DNA from: Ginglymostoma cirratum
Taxonomy: Eukaryota
DNA: 64,000 bases
NCBI GenBank assembly: GCA_024137785.1
Contig: JAHRHZ010000107.1
Span: 186,001 to 250,000, forward strand
Direction of reading: 5' to 3'
Shown here in pieces: positions 52,861 to 64,000 of the stretch. The number at the start of each line of letters is the position of its first letter. Within the stretch, counting starts at the first letter, position 1. Made by a program: the position numbers and the translations under genes. Under the pieces are notes generated by a model. That model ran no database searches, was not told the origin of the DNA, and saw only the letters and a program-made list of their open reading frames with translations.

Positions 52861-53170
52861 GCGGTGGCGTGGTGGCTCAGTAGTTAGTGCTGCTGCCTCA
52901 CAGCTCTTGGGACTCCGGTTAGATTCTACTGTCAGGTGAATGTCTGCGTGCAGTTTGCATATTCTCCCAGGTGCTCCAGTTTCTTCCCACAGTGCAAAGA
53001 TGTGCAGGGTAGGTGGATTGGTCATACTAAATTGATCATAGTGTCCAGGGATGCTTAGGGTTAGACATGGGAAATGCAGAGTTAGAGGGTTGGGTCTGGG
53101 TGGGATGCTCTTTGGAGAGGCTGAGTGGACTTGTTGTGTCAAATGGCCTGTTTCCACACTCTGGATTCTC
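52861..53170 (+). mobile_element. HE1-like SINE
   Basis: ggtggctcagtagttag..gctgcctcacagc head, central core and ggcctgtttccacact tail. Confidence 0.85.
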
Positions 53171-53828
53171 TATGAATACAACTATCAAAACTCACCCACT
53201 AGTCCATTCTCTCATAAGTTTTTCATTACAAACTTATTCAACAATACATGGTTTTGTATTGAAGTGACTAGCCAGATTATTCAACTTATTTTAAAATTAT
53301 AATGCCGTTTATTTTCATAAAAGATCATGAAACACAAGTACAGAGATCTTTCTGGGCATACATTAACAAATTGTAAATTAATCTATGACGGTCAATAAAG
53401 AATCAGCATGCAACATCAACAAATGCAGTTAAAATCAAAAGTCAAATCTCTAACAGATTTACGGATGCTTAATAATGATAGTGACTGTCCAGAAGCACTA
53501 ATGACTGCAAGCATCATGTAGTATATTTCGCAACTCCTTAGTACGTTGCCAGCATTTTCGCTGCAAGATGATTAGTTCCCGTGTGAAAAACCAATCACTG
53601 TGATTCAAAAAATGTTCGCAGAGCCGCTATATTTATACCACTGTGATATCTACTGGGACCCCTGGGTTACAATATCATTCAAACGGTTTTTTCTTCCAGA
53701 ATTTGAACAGATCATGACACCAATGTCAAGTCCTCTTTCCAAGGAAATGTATTTGGTGCTGAATTCAAATGGAAAAATGCAGAAAATGCGCAATTAAAAA
53801 TCATGATAAACATCTTACGAGAATTTTG

Positions 53829-53938
53829 TATCAGAGATAAAAGGTACTGCAGATGCTGGAGAATCCGAGATAACAAGCATGGGGCTGGATGAACACAGCA
53901 GGTCAAGCAGCATCATAGGAGCAGGAAAACCGTTTCGG
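53829..53938 (-). mobile_element. Young short Penelope-derived element
   Basis: Matches 49538-49621 over about 80 bp and continues into sequence shared with 17010-17045. Confidence 0.85.
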
Positions 53939-54059
53939 TGTTATCACAGCAATCGTTGTATTGTTCAAACACCAAGTCTTTTAAGGTAATGTATCATGTC
54001 AAATCAAGGAAGAAATGCAATCTAATACAGTCCTTTAAATAAACGCAGTGCATTAATTT

Positions 54060-54960
54060 CATGTACTTAAAGAGGAAGAAGTGTTAGATCAGTCCCTTGA
54101 GGCTGCTGTGCAATTTTGTAACTTGTGGCGGTCTAACGACTCCATATTCCTGCCATTTCTGTTAACTCCTGATCCCCTTATTCCTGAAGCATCAATTTAC
54201 CCCTGCATTTAAAATATTCGAAGTCTGCATCCAGTACCCTTTAAGGAAAGAAGGTTCCAAGTGATGAAGATCAATGCTGAGAAAAGAATCTGCATTTGCA
54301 TGTTCAACAGTGACCCCGCATTCAATATCTTCCAACAACTACAAGCATGATTTCCTAATCCAACAAATAAAGACAATTTCTGATCTTGAATTTTAACTCA
54401 ATTCTCCTCTTACCCTTATAAACTTCAGCAGATACAAGACGACCCTGTCAAAATATCCTCATAAGGTAATCATTGTTTATTTATCTAATAAACATTCCGT
54501 GAACTGTCTCTGAAAATTTATGCTCATGGCATTCAGATGTTGCCTGACGAGTGTCTTGTATTACTGAAACATAATATTTCTATTTTTGGATACAATAAGC
54601 CTTGCAATAAATGTTCAAATCGTATTAGCTTTCCTAAATTATATTTGAGAGCATAATTTTCTCTTATTCCTTCAAATGGAGCCCCAAATTGCTCTGCATT
54701 GCAGAAAATTTGAAATACTTATCATTTAGATCCAATGCTTCCTTCTGATTCTTCTTCACGAATTGGAAAATTTGACATTGTGTACTCCGTTTTGCCAGGT
54801 TTTGCCTGTCTCAAAATACTTATGTCATTTTTAAAATGTCTTTATGGCCCCTGCCCACACCTTGCTTTCATCCTTGTCTTTGTACCTTCACCAAGACTAT
54901 CAGCCATAAATATCATAAATTTCTTCAAGTCACTTATCAAATTGGGTTATATTAATGTCC
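54060..54960 (-). mobile_element. Old CR1 3' fragment
   Basis: agatcagtcccttgag.ctgct, cctgatcccctt and later RT-antisense motifs; heavily decayed. Confidence 0.5.
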
Positions 54961-55139
54961 CATATTGATCGCTGTGACACACAACTGAAGACACCTTTCC
55001 AATCAGGAAGAGCGTTAAGGGCTTGGTTAGGAAGAACTTGTTAAATGTGTTCGATAAAACTCTCTCAATCAATACTTAGGTGGCCCTACTACAGAAGGAG
55101 TAAGACTCGACCTCTTCGTGGGAAATAAAGCAGGACAAG

Positions 55140-55771
55140 TGTGACGATGCTGTGACTTTCATAAATTATTTTGTCCTTTTTTATAAGACAGGTTGTCAGG
55201 CAGAGGCGCAAGCTGTCTACCAGAAAGACTGGAGTAAACGCCTTGGGAGACCTTTAGTATTTTTTAACAGCTTGAAGGGGTGTGGCCAGCTCTCACCGAT
55301 CAGGATTTCTGAGTTTTGGGGTTCAGCTTTAAGCAGAAGCTACTGGGGTATGAACATAATTTGTAACTTGAGTGTATTTCTCCTGCTATTATAACTTCTG
55401 AATGTTCTCTTGCTGTATTTTTGCCTCCTGGATTGGAGAACTGCATGCGAGAATCTTTGTCTGATTTTGCCTCTTTGCAAAGACGTGTGTTTGTGAGATG
55501 TTACTATCGTGAAACATTTAATTAGTAATAGTTATTGTACTCATTATTCTGCTAAGTTTTCTAACAGAGCTGTTATTCCAAATCGACTTTTCTTTGATTA
55601 TATATTAATAAACAGTATTTAATTAAATTGCCCTTTACTTAACGTCAAGTAGATTGATGAGTCCATGCATCTGGAACAGACACTGCACAATTGCGTTTAA
55701 AAAAAGGAAATTTTTAGGGTCTAAGCCACATTCTTAAAGTATTTTGAGGAGATCTGGTCTGGTCCATAACA
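55140..55771 (+). mobile_element. Solo LTR inserted in a CR1 fragment
   Basis: Termini TGTGAC...ATAACA and an internal AATAAA; the flanks rejoin as CR1-like gggaaataaagcaggacaag / tgattgaggtgtc. Confidence 0.6.
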
Positions 55772-55789
55772 CCTGTGATTGAGGTGTCC

Positions 55790-57645
55790 GAACGAGAAAG
55801 GAACAGACTGTCTCTTCGTGAGGTATGTGGAACATTCCTTGTTCCAGTCCTATTCCAACCCACACCGACAGTTCTTTCTCTGATATCATGTCATCGGTGC
55901 TGCCACCATTTCTCGTACAAAATTGGAAAAGTTCATTGACTTCCAATTTCCACCCTGCACTCAATTTCACCTGGTCTTTCTCGGACTTCTTCATTCCCTT
56001 GCTGGACATGTCTGTTTCCATTTCTGGGGATAGACTGACCACTAATATCCACAACAAATCCATCAACTCCCACAACTACCTGGACTATATGTCTTCGCAA
56101 CCTGCTTCATGATTAAATTCCATCCCATTTTCTCAATTACTCCACCTCCATTGCATATGTTCAGCCGAGGCCAACTTTGACAAGGGGGACTGCAAAATGC
56201 CCACCTTCTTCCTCAACTGAAGATTCCCCATCACCATTGCCGACAGGGCTCTCAACCGGGACCGGTCCATCTCCTGCACTTCTGCCCTCACCCGCTTTCA
56301 TCACTCCTGCAAAAACAATGTGTTCCCTTTGTCCTTACCTACCATCCAACCAGCATCCACATTCAAAAAATCATCAGACGCCATTTTCGCCACCTCCAGC
56401 AAGATGCCACCACCAGATACGTATTCCCCTCCGCTCCCTTGTCTGCCTTCCGCTGGGGCCACTCCCTCCTGGAAATCCTGGTCCACTCTTCCTTCATTCC
56501 CAACACACTACCACTTTGCCGCGGCAACTTCCCCTGAAACTTGTAAAGGTGAAACACCTGCCCATTTACCTCCTCCCACAGCATCCAAGGGCCAAACATA
56601 CCGTCCAGATGAAGCAACACTTCACCTGCACTTTCCAAAATCTCGTCTCCTGTGTTCGCTGCTCACAATGTGGTCTCCTCTACACTGGGGAAACGAAGCA
56701 TAGATTAGATGTCCGCTTCGCAGAAAATCTATGCTTTGCTCACGAAAAAAGACTCTGAGCTTCCTGTTGCCTGCCTCTTTAAAATACCACCCTATTCCCT
56801 CGCCAACATTTCTGTCTCAGTCTTGCTGGAGGGTTCCACTGAAGCTCAGCACAAGTTGGAAAAACAAAGCCTCTTTTTCCACTCGGTGACCCTGCAGCCT
56901 TCTGAACTGAACATGGAGTTCAATAAATTTAGGGCTTAACCTCTTCCATGTTCAGACCCCTACCCCACACACCAGGTCTTGTTATTACATCACCTGCCAT
57001 TCCAAAATACCTGTTGTTTGCCACTACCTTTTACTCATTCACAGGATGAGGGCGTTGCTGGATCAACCAGCATTTATTGCCCATCCCTAATTGTCCAGAG
57101 GGCAGTTAAGAGTCAATCACATTGTTTGGGTCTGGAGTCACATGTAGACCAGACCAGGTAAAAATGGCAGTTTCCTTCCCAGAAGTACATGAGTGAACCA
57201 GATGTGTTTATTCCAACAATTTACAATGGATTCCTGGACATCATTTGATTCTTAATTCCAGATGTCTCATTGAATTCAAATTCCACCATCTGCCAATACA
57301 GAATTCGAGCCCAGGTATCCGAAATGGTATCTGCGTCTCTGGATTAATGGTCTAGCAATAAAACCACCAGGCCATTGCCTCACCTAACAGTCCCCATTAA
57401 CAGCTATTCAACATTCTAGCCAGATAGTTAACAACTCCTCTGTCTATCCATTGTTCTTCTCTCTCTTTGGGCTTTCTCCTTTACCTATTGTTTACTCACT
57501 ACCCCATCCCCCACCCTGTGGTCTACATATAAACTACCATTTTCTTTGCTGACATCAGTTCTGAGCAAGAAAACCGGACCCTTTTTTTTGTTTTGTTTTC
57601 TCAGAGGTGCTGCCAGACCTTTTCCGGCAACTTTTGTTTTTGTTC
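55790..57645 (+). mobile_element. Penelope-like retroelement, 3' half (RT C-terminus, GIY-YIG endonuclease, terminal repeat)
   Basis: SNFHPALNFTWS..PLLDMSVSISGDRLTT.IH.K..NSHNYLDY.S and HFTCTFQNLVSCVRCSQCGLLYTGETKHRL..RFAE are Penelope RT/thumb and GIY-YIG motifs; frameshifted; the tail at 57560-57645 matches the short elements. Confidence 0.9.
57029..57385 (-). mobile_element. SINE nested in the Penelope 3' region
   Basis: catttattgcccatccctaattg..ttgaattcaaattccaccatctgcc..antisense tRNA-like head; partial copy at 16870-16965. Confidence 0.7.
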
Positions 57646-57984
57646 GACAATGTGTATTTCTACTTCTGATACTAATAATGATTTAGTTTATTCTACTGCT
57701 ATGTGCTACTATGCAATTCTGAATTGGAACGAAGACGCTGAGTGAAACTAACGGGAGATTCAGAGGAGTCTGGTGAGACAGACAGAAATGTACTATTGGA
57801 TGGGAATCGATGGAGACAACAAATATGCAACAATATGTTGTGTTGAAACATTCATTGAATAGATTGTAATAAGGACAAGACAAATATGGTTTACTGTACA
57901 GCACTTTTCAGTGACCTGTCAGGGATAATGATTTCAATGATCTTCTGTGCTTAAAATTCATCAAACCTCGCAGTGTGGTAAATT

Positions 57985-58440
57985 TTCTCTATCTCTCCAT
58001 GTCTCTCGTCCTCTCTCTCTCATCTTTTTTTACTGTCTGTCTCGCGCTGTCTCTGTCTATCCACCTGCCTGTCTGCGTCCACTAATCTCTCTCGTTCTGT
58101 TAGTTTATCTCTCCTTTCACTGACTGTGTGTTTATGTCTCGGTTTTTCTGTCTTCCACTTTCCATGTCAGAAATATTTCATCCTTTATTTTCCTATCAGT
58201 GTGGATTTAAATTAATGTTTGTTCATCATTCATTGCTTCTCCATGTGTTCCTATTTCTGGTTGCACCTGGCGCTCTACATGCCTCCATCTCTAATCTTCT
58301 TCATACTGTCTGACACTCTCCCTTTCTCTCTGGCTATCTTCTTCAATCTGTCACCATTCATTCTCCACATTTACGTCTCTCTATTTACATCTCACTATCT
58401 TAGTCTGCCTGTCTTTCCCCTCTCTCTCCCTGTGTCTCCC
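57985..58440 (+). repeat. CT-rich low-complexity tract
   Basis: Direct inspection. Confidence 0.7.
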
Positions 58441-58634
58441 CACCAGCATATATGATGCAAATCAACAAATATGATTACAGTAATGGCGCTTCAAATTCAA
58501 TACATATCAGTGAAGGATATGGTTTTATCTTACAATCCCTTTTCACTGGTTTTGAAATCCTTGCAACATTCCTGGTATTATTGTTATTATTGGAACATGG
58601 ACCCGAATTTAAATCTCTGATTTCTCATTCACAC

Positions 58635-58937
58635 AAATCACTGTATTACTTAGGAATCCATTTGTTGAAGGAATCTGGGTCAAGAGAAGTGCCAAGCTGG
58701 TTTGCAAAGTGCTTATTACAGATTCTGCTGGGGTAGTCATCTCTTGTGTGGTGGATGAAAAGTTAAGGAATGAAGGCGTTCAACTGGAAACAGCTAAAAT
58801 TGATAGAAACCAATATCTGACCATCAGCCGCTTGACCAGTAGCGTGGAGGAGTGGCAGAGTGGGATAGAATATACATACTCTGCAAAACAGGATCAAACA
58901 TCGACCTCAATATCAAAACGAACAAGGAAGACAAAAG
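58635..58937 (+). pseudogene. IgNAR: IgNAR C2 exon (cluster C), splice-defective
   Basis: ITVLLRNPFVEGIWVKRSAKLVCKVL..SAGVVISC..RNEGVQ..NQYLTISRLTSSVEEWQSGIEYTYSAKQDQ..KRTRK. Acceptor reads cacAC, donor reads GC, core Trp>Cys, second Cys>Tyr. Confidence 0.93.
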
Positions 58938-59041
58938 GCGAATTTAAAAATATATATAATATATGTATTTACATACACATATCATTTTGTTAACGAATGG
59001 TAACGGAGGAAAGAATAACATTGCCTTTAATTCTATTATCG

Positions 59042-59359
59042 TCGAGCCAATTAAGCCACATCTCCGCCTCCTTCCCCCATCATCAGAAGAGATTCGAAAC
59101 ACCAGCTCTGCTACTCTTACATGTTCGATAAAAGGATTCTATCCTGACAAAATAAGCATTTCCTGGGAGAAAGACAGAGCTTCTGTGAACGTGAACATCA
59201 TTAATTTCCCCACTGCTCTGGAATATGACCTGACCTTCAGTGCACAGGGCCTCCCCATTTTACCTATACTGGAATGGAAGAGCAGAGCAAAATACACCTG
59301 TACTGCCTCACACCCACCTTTGCAATCCACTGTGAAGAGTGTCATAAGGAACTTAATAG
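59042..59359 (+). pseudogene. IgNAR: IgNAR C3 exon (cluster C)
   Basis: EPIKPHLRLLPPSSEEI..SATLTC..GFYPDKI.ISW..YTCTASHPP..; both Cys intact; acceptor reads tatCG; donor G|gtaagg is intact. Confidence 0.93.
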
Positions 59360-61248
59360 GTAAGGACAGTTTTTCAGGAACCATTCTCTCCATTGATGCT
59401 TGGGATAAAAATAAACACAACACAAAACTGTAACCAAATATTTAAAGATTCCTGAAACTTTACAATGCACGACTCTTCGTTGAATAAAACAGCTTTAACA
59501 CAGAGCAGGCAGGTAGTTGCTAGACCGTAGAAGCAATAATATCCAACAATTATGCCACCTCAATCATGTGTGAGGACGGCTGACACAACAATTGATGCGG
59601 GGGTAGGGTGGGGGCTCTTGTGGCGCAGTGGTAATGCCCCTGGGGGCCTGAGTTCGTATAATCTGTTGCAGAGTTGTGTAATAACTTCTCTAAATAGGTT
59701 GATGAGAAAAATCAGTGAAGTTTATATTAGACTACAATTTGTATATCAACTTGACACCCCACATTTCTCTCCGTAGTGATGAAAAAAAATACGTGAAAAT
59801 GTGTTAGATGTGAGAGCTATTTCAAGTTTAGAGCATTAATGCTTAAAACCAGCTCACCTGTACGGGAAATACTGAGATTGTTTGCTTTAACAAAAATCAT
59901 TGTTAACCCTCCGATTTCTGATTTTAACAAGAAATGATTAATTTTATTGCAATCAGCTTTCTCACAACCCCATTCCCCTCCTGACATTTCGTTTTACTTT
60001 GAAGAAGCAGATACCACCAAAACCCTTCAGATGGGACTGATGTTGGAAAGTAAAATGTGGCATACATATTTAGTAAAGACATGATAATATAGTCTAACTA
60101 ACTCTGTTGTCAACTGACAACTTCATTTTAATCGTCTGCCAGATTGAACGCAGAGAAAGTGGACGAGATTAAGTAATGAATGCCAGCAGAAGTATATTCA
60201 CGCTGAGGGTTTGGAATGCGAGAAAGGAATATTAGTTAATACGATAGTACTTTCTGCAATTTTCTCCTATTCAACATGATCGAGGCACTGGCATCATTGC
60301 AAGAAATGCACAAATTTTATTGCATGCATTCAAAGTAAAATGGTGCGATTGGAGCTGCACAGTAGACAAGGAACATCCATTAAGTCAATAGATACTGGAA
60401 CTTTCAGAGTTAATTGGTTATGCGAATACAGTAAAGGTTGTAATTTTTAAGTTAACAATACAAGAATATCATCCCAGAATCTTCTTTGCATTTATGTTTT
60501 ACATGATGCATAAGGAAATTAACTATTCTTGCATTAAGAATGACCATTTTGCTCTAAGAAATCTAAAAGCATGGTTTCCCATGTCGGATACACCCCTTTA
60601 TAGTTGACCTAATTCTGACAAATATTAGCCTTGGCTATTCCCAGTGTCGAAGTTAAGCTGTCAAAGGTATGTGCTTAGAATATTATAGATTTTCTCACTT
60701 AATAACCCTCAAAGTATAGATCCTATACCACCATCTTCAGAGAACGCCCTTTACGAGATGTGAATTGTGCAGTAAGTATCACATTTTAGCCAGTAAAAAC
60801 ATTTTCTGAGGAAACAGAACAGCAAGAGTCGCGTCAAAGGAAGATAAAAATCAAAATGTAGACTGATAGCAGGGGAATTTCATTGGTTGGACAGAGCAAA
60901 AATAATTTTGGGTCTGGAATAGGGGGCGTTTATAATATGATTTTCCTCAGCTGGTATTGTATTCTGACAAATACAAACCATGCCGCAATAGCTATCCTCT
61001 TGCGTCAGTAACTGCAATAGGTAAAAGTGAAGCACCAGAAAGGAGACATTTAGGTCCCAGTATGTCCAAGCCAGAGCCATTTCCAAATTATGCATAATAC
61101 TTTGCAAATATTACTGTAGATGTATCCACCGTAGTCAGAGCTAACGGAAACATCAAGAACAGGAGAACACAGCGTCTATTTAGCTAAGCCAAAACAATCT
61201 GAGTAAACAGATAACAGATTACAGTAAATAAAAAATTCTCCAACTCTT

Positions 61249-61326
61249 TCAGAGATAGCAGGAACTGCAGATGCTGGAGATTCTCCGCTGCTTGGCCTGC
61301 TGTGTTCATCCAGCTCTACACTTGGT
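61249..61326. mobile_element. Mini Penelope-derived insertion with inverted junction
   Basis: Perfect 14-bp target duplication attctccaactctt (61235-61248 / 61327-61340). Confidence 0.85.
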
Positions 61327-61404
61327 ATTCTCCAACTCTTGTTGTGTTTTTGAATTGATATCAATACTACATCCTGAAAAATGTGCATTCCTTATTCTTT
61401 TCAG

Positions 61405-61726
61405 ATGATTGCAGTCGTCCAGACATTTCTGTCAATCTACTGAAACCACCTTTTGAAGAGATCTGGCCACAAAATACAGCGACTATTGTTTGCAAAATCG
61501 TTTATAGTGACTTAGAAAATATCAAAGTTTTCTGGCAAGGGAACGGGACTGGGAGAACAGAAGGAGTCGACACACAGAATCCTGAGTGGAGTGGAAGTAA
61601 ATCCACCATTGTGAGCAAACTTAAAGTCAAGGCTTCGGAGTTGGACAGTTGTGCCGAATATACCTGCTTGGTAGAAGACGGTGAATTGCCAACACCAATG
61701 AAAGCCTCTATCAGGAAGGTAAAATG
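61405..61726 (+). pseudogene. IgNAR: IgNAR C4 exon (cluster C)
   Basis: DCSRPDISVNLLKPPFEEIW..TATIVC.IVYSDLENIKVFW..EYTCLVED..ASIRK. Acceptor intact; an extra base before the gtaagt donor makes it phase 2, out of frame with C5. Confidence 0.92.
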
Positions 61727-62262
61727 GTAAGTGGGGATAATACTGCAAATAAGAGCAAAATACCATGAAGGTCAGAAATGAGAAGTGAAAAAATAAGTGC
61801 TGGACAAACTGAGCAGAATCTGTGGACAGACAAAGAAGGTGAACATTTCCAGCCCAGTATGGTTTCCTTTCAAAAAGAGAGTTTGTGTTACTAACTAGAT
61901 AAAACTGATTCAATAAATAACTATCTTATCAAAACATTAAATTTTTACGTTATACAGTCAGATGCCTAGTAGTCCGGAAACCTGCCATTCTGCAAAAGTA
62001 TAATGACAAACATGAAAACCTATAAGTAGGTCAATAATTTGTACCCCAAAAGCAGCAATCCTTTTCAAATATGTGATTGCCTCCAAGCTTTTTTTTTTCT
62101 TTTATCCAGCAAAGTAGGGATGAGAAATGGTCTAGTATTCAAAGATATTTGCACAGTCTTACAGATAGGGCACACTTCATAAACCACTTGCATTATTAAC
62201 AAAAGAAATTACAATGTCGATATAAGACGGGCTCAGTTAAATAAATATTGCTCTCTTTACAG

Positions 62263-62645
62263 TCAGTGAATTCCATCATCCTAAGGTTTATGTCCTACAT
62301 CCATCGACAGATAAGATTGACACTGAGAATTCAACTACACTGGTGCGTCTAGCCACCGACTTTTACCCCGCTGAGATTTACATTGGTTGGATGGCCAATG
62401 ACACCCTTTTGGATTCCAGGTACCAGACCCAACTGGAGAGCGAGAAGGGGAATGGTTCCACCTTCATCGTCAGCAGATTGAGACTCATAACGGCAGAATG
62501 GAACAGTGACACCACTTACTCCTGCTTAGTGTGGCACCCATCCCTCAGCTGGGATTTAATCAGACGTACAAATAAATTTCATGGTAAACCAACATTAGTT
62601 AATGCTTCAGATGTACTAAGCGACACTGTTAAATCCTGCACATAA
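62263..62645 (+). pseudogene. IgNAR: IgNAR C5 exon plus secretory tailpiece (cluster C)
   Basis: Acceptor tttacag; SEFHHPKVYVLHPSTD.IDTENS..LVRLATDFYPAEIYIGW..YSCLV.HPSL..GKPTLVNASDVLSDTVKSCT*. First Cys codon reads CGT (Arg); internal TM donor G|GTAAAC at 62584. Confidence 0.93.
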
Positions 62646-64000
62646 TTTGTGGTGATGGACTATGTTTTCCATGGATAGGTGAATGTCTATATGTAAATAA
62701 CTGTTTTGGGAACTGAACCAATGTATTTTCAATTCATTGCACTGCACATTCATACTTCTGATCAGTGAACACTTTTGTAACAAAAAGAAAATAGCCACTA
62801 TTTCAAATTCTATCTGCCGATAAAAGATAATTATGTTTAATATCTGAAATGCAAGGACAACTTTGTCTTGTGAGTGTAATCGTTCTGAAGATCGCTTGAA
62901 GAGTTCCACCCCGTTATTGAAAGAACGAGAAATTATGTTTGCGTCTGACTTACTTATTCTTGGTTTCTATGCATTGTACTTTCTCAAGGATAGTTTAGCC
63001 TTTGATTGAAACTTGTGTTATATCCATTTCTGATATGCCAGCGCTGCATCCAGCTTACGTGTGCAGAATTTCAGATCCACGAGGGTTGGTTCTGATCAGG
63101 TCACATTTATCCTAGCCGTTTCTGTTAGAACTCTTCTGTTATGCTTGGCATGTGGGGTATCTAGTTGCTGAATGGAATGATGCGATGCCAACTTATTTTG
63201 TATGACAATTGGTCATCCAAATTGCTGTTACCTTCTCTTCACCAGTTTTGTCAAGTATTCTACTGGAGTGACTTCCAGTTCCCGTCCACAGTTTTAGTGT
63301 TGCATCCTCGCAAAGATCCGTACTTGGGGCCTGATCCACATATAGCCTACACACTGCCCCTGATTGACATCAGGTGAGCTCAAATTGAATCTCGGCACTG
63401 ATCCCACATAACGCTCACTCACAGTCGTCCATTTCTTCTCTGTGACTGTCCAATACCTCTTGATAAGTGAACGTCAATCAAATAATGCTTTTTCCTCTAT
63501 TCTGGTTACAACCCCAGTTCGTCCCTTATTTGCACCATTGATTTCTCTGGCCATTCTGTGGCGAGGTTTACTTCGTTTTTTGACTCGACAGCCTACAAAT
63601 CTAGTTGAATGTCCAATCTTTTTGCTCACACCGACAGATGGCTGCCATTTCTTTCAGTTTATCTGTTTTCAACTAGCTCAACCAGTTCTTTGGTGCCTCT
63701 TGAGCCAACTGTTCATTTGTCTGTTTATCTGCCATATATTGTACAGTCTCAATAGCCTTAAATTGGCACAAAGCTCGATAAGTAGATTATGAATTCGCAG
63801 CAGTTCACAATCATTCATCACCAACATGCTCATTAAACCATACTCAATAATGTCTGTTAATTCTCTCCATACAAAATTATTCCTCACTTACCCAAATTCC
63901 TCCACATCTTCTTCCATCACTATTAATGTGATTCCTTCCAACTTTAATTTCACTAAACCTTCTGGGGGTTCTGGCCTCTTACGCATGCATATTTTTATTG

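Noticed and set aside
53596-53970. CACTGTG heptamers at about 53596 and 53639, and CACAGCA..TCAAACACC at about 53945, as D segments of cluster C
   Set aside because: No correctly spaced nonamers and no neighbouring V or J; a 7-mer is expected by chance
56177-56758. Proline-rich 193-aa ORF as a host gene
   Set aside because: Frameshifted Penelope ORF; only its C-terminal part is the true GIY-YIG frame
34800-58465. Additional octamers (about 34807, 36040, 45665, 58456) as V promoters
   Set aside because: No V exon follows; the motif is frequent in this AT-rich DNA
1-64000. CRISPR arrays, rRNA genes or bona fide tRNA genes
   Set aside because: None seen; tRNA-like sequences are SINE heads and the dispersed repeats are retroelements

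Overview
AT-rich, repeat-laden vertebrate genomic DNA from a cartilaginous fish. The exons closely resemble nurse-shark-type IgNAR as I recall it, so a carpet shark is likely (inference). The window covers part of a tandem array of IgNAR (heavy-chain-only antibody) gene clusters, all on the + strand. Cluster A is represented by its apparently intact 3' end: TM1 exon 91-248 and TM2 exon at 3037. Cluster B is a heavily decayed pseudo-cluster: octamer, VNAR with RSS (11454-11737, missed by the ORF track), up to three D segments, a J relic, a C5/secretory exon (19329-19697) and a TM1 exon split by an insertion (22083-22389). Cluster C is a more recently inactivated, apparently headless C2-C3-C4-C5/sec block (58635-62645). 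The rest is CR1-type LINE fragments, HE1-like and other SINEs, a truncated Gypsy LTR element, a solo LTR, a Penelope-like RT/GIY-YIG element, many short Penelope-derived insertions carrying minimal hammerhead ribozyme motifs, microsatellites and two assembly gaps. Most ORFs in the track are spurious. Repeat boundaries were estimated by eye and family names come from remembered motifs, not database searches.
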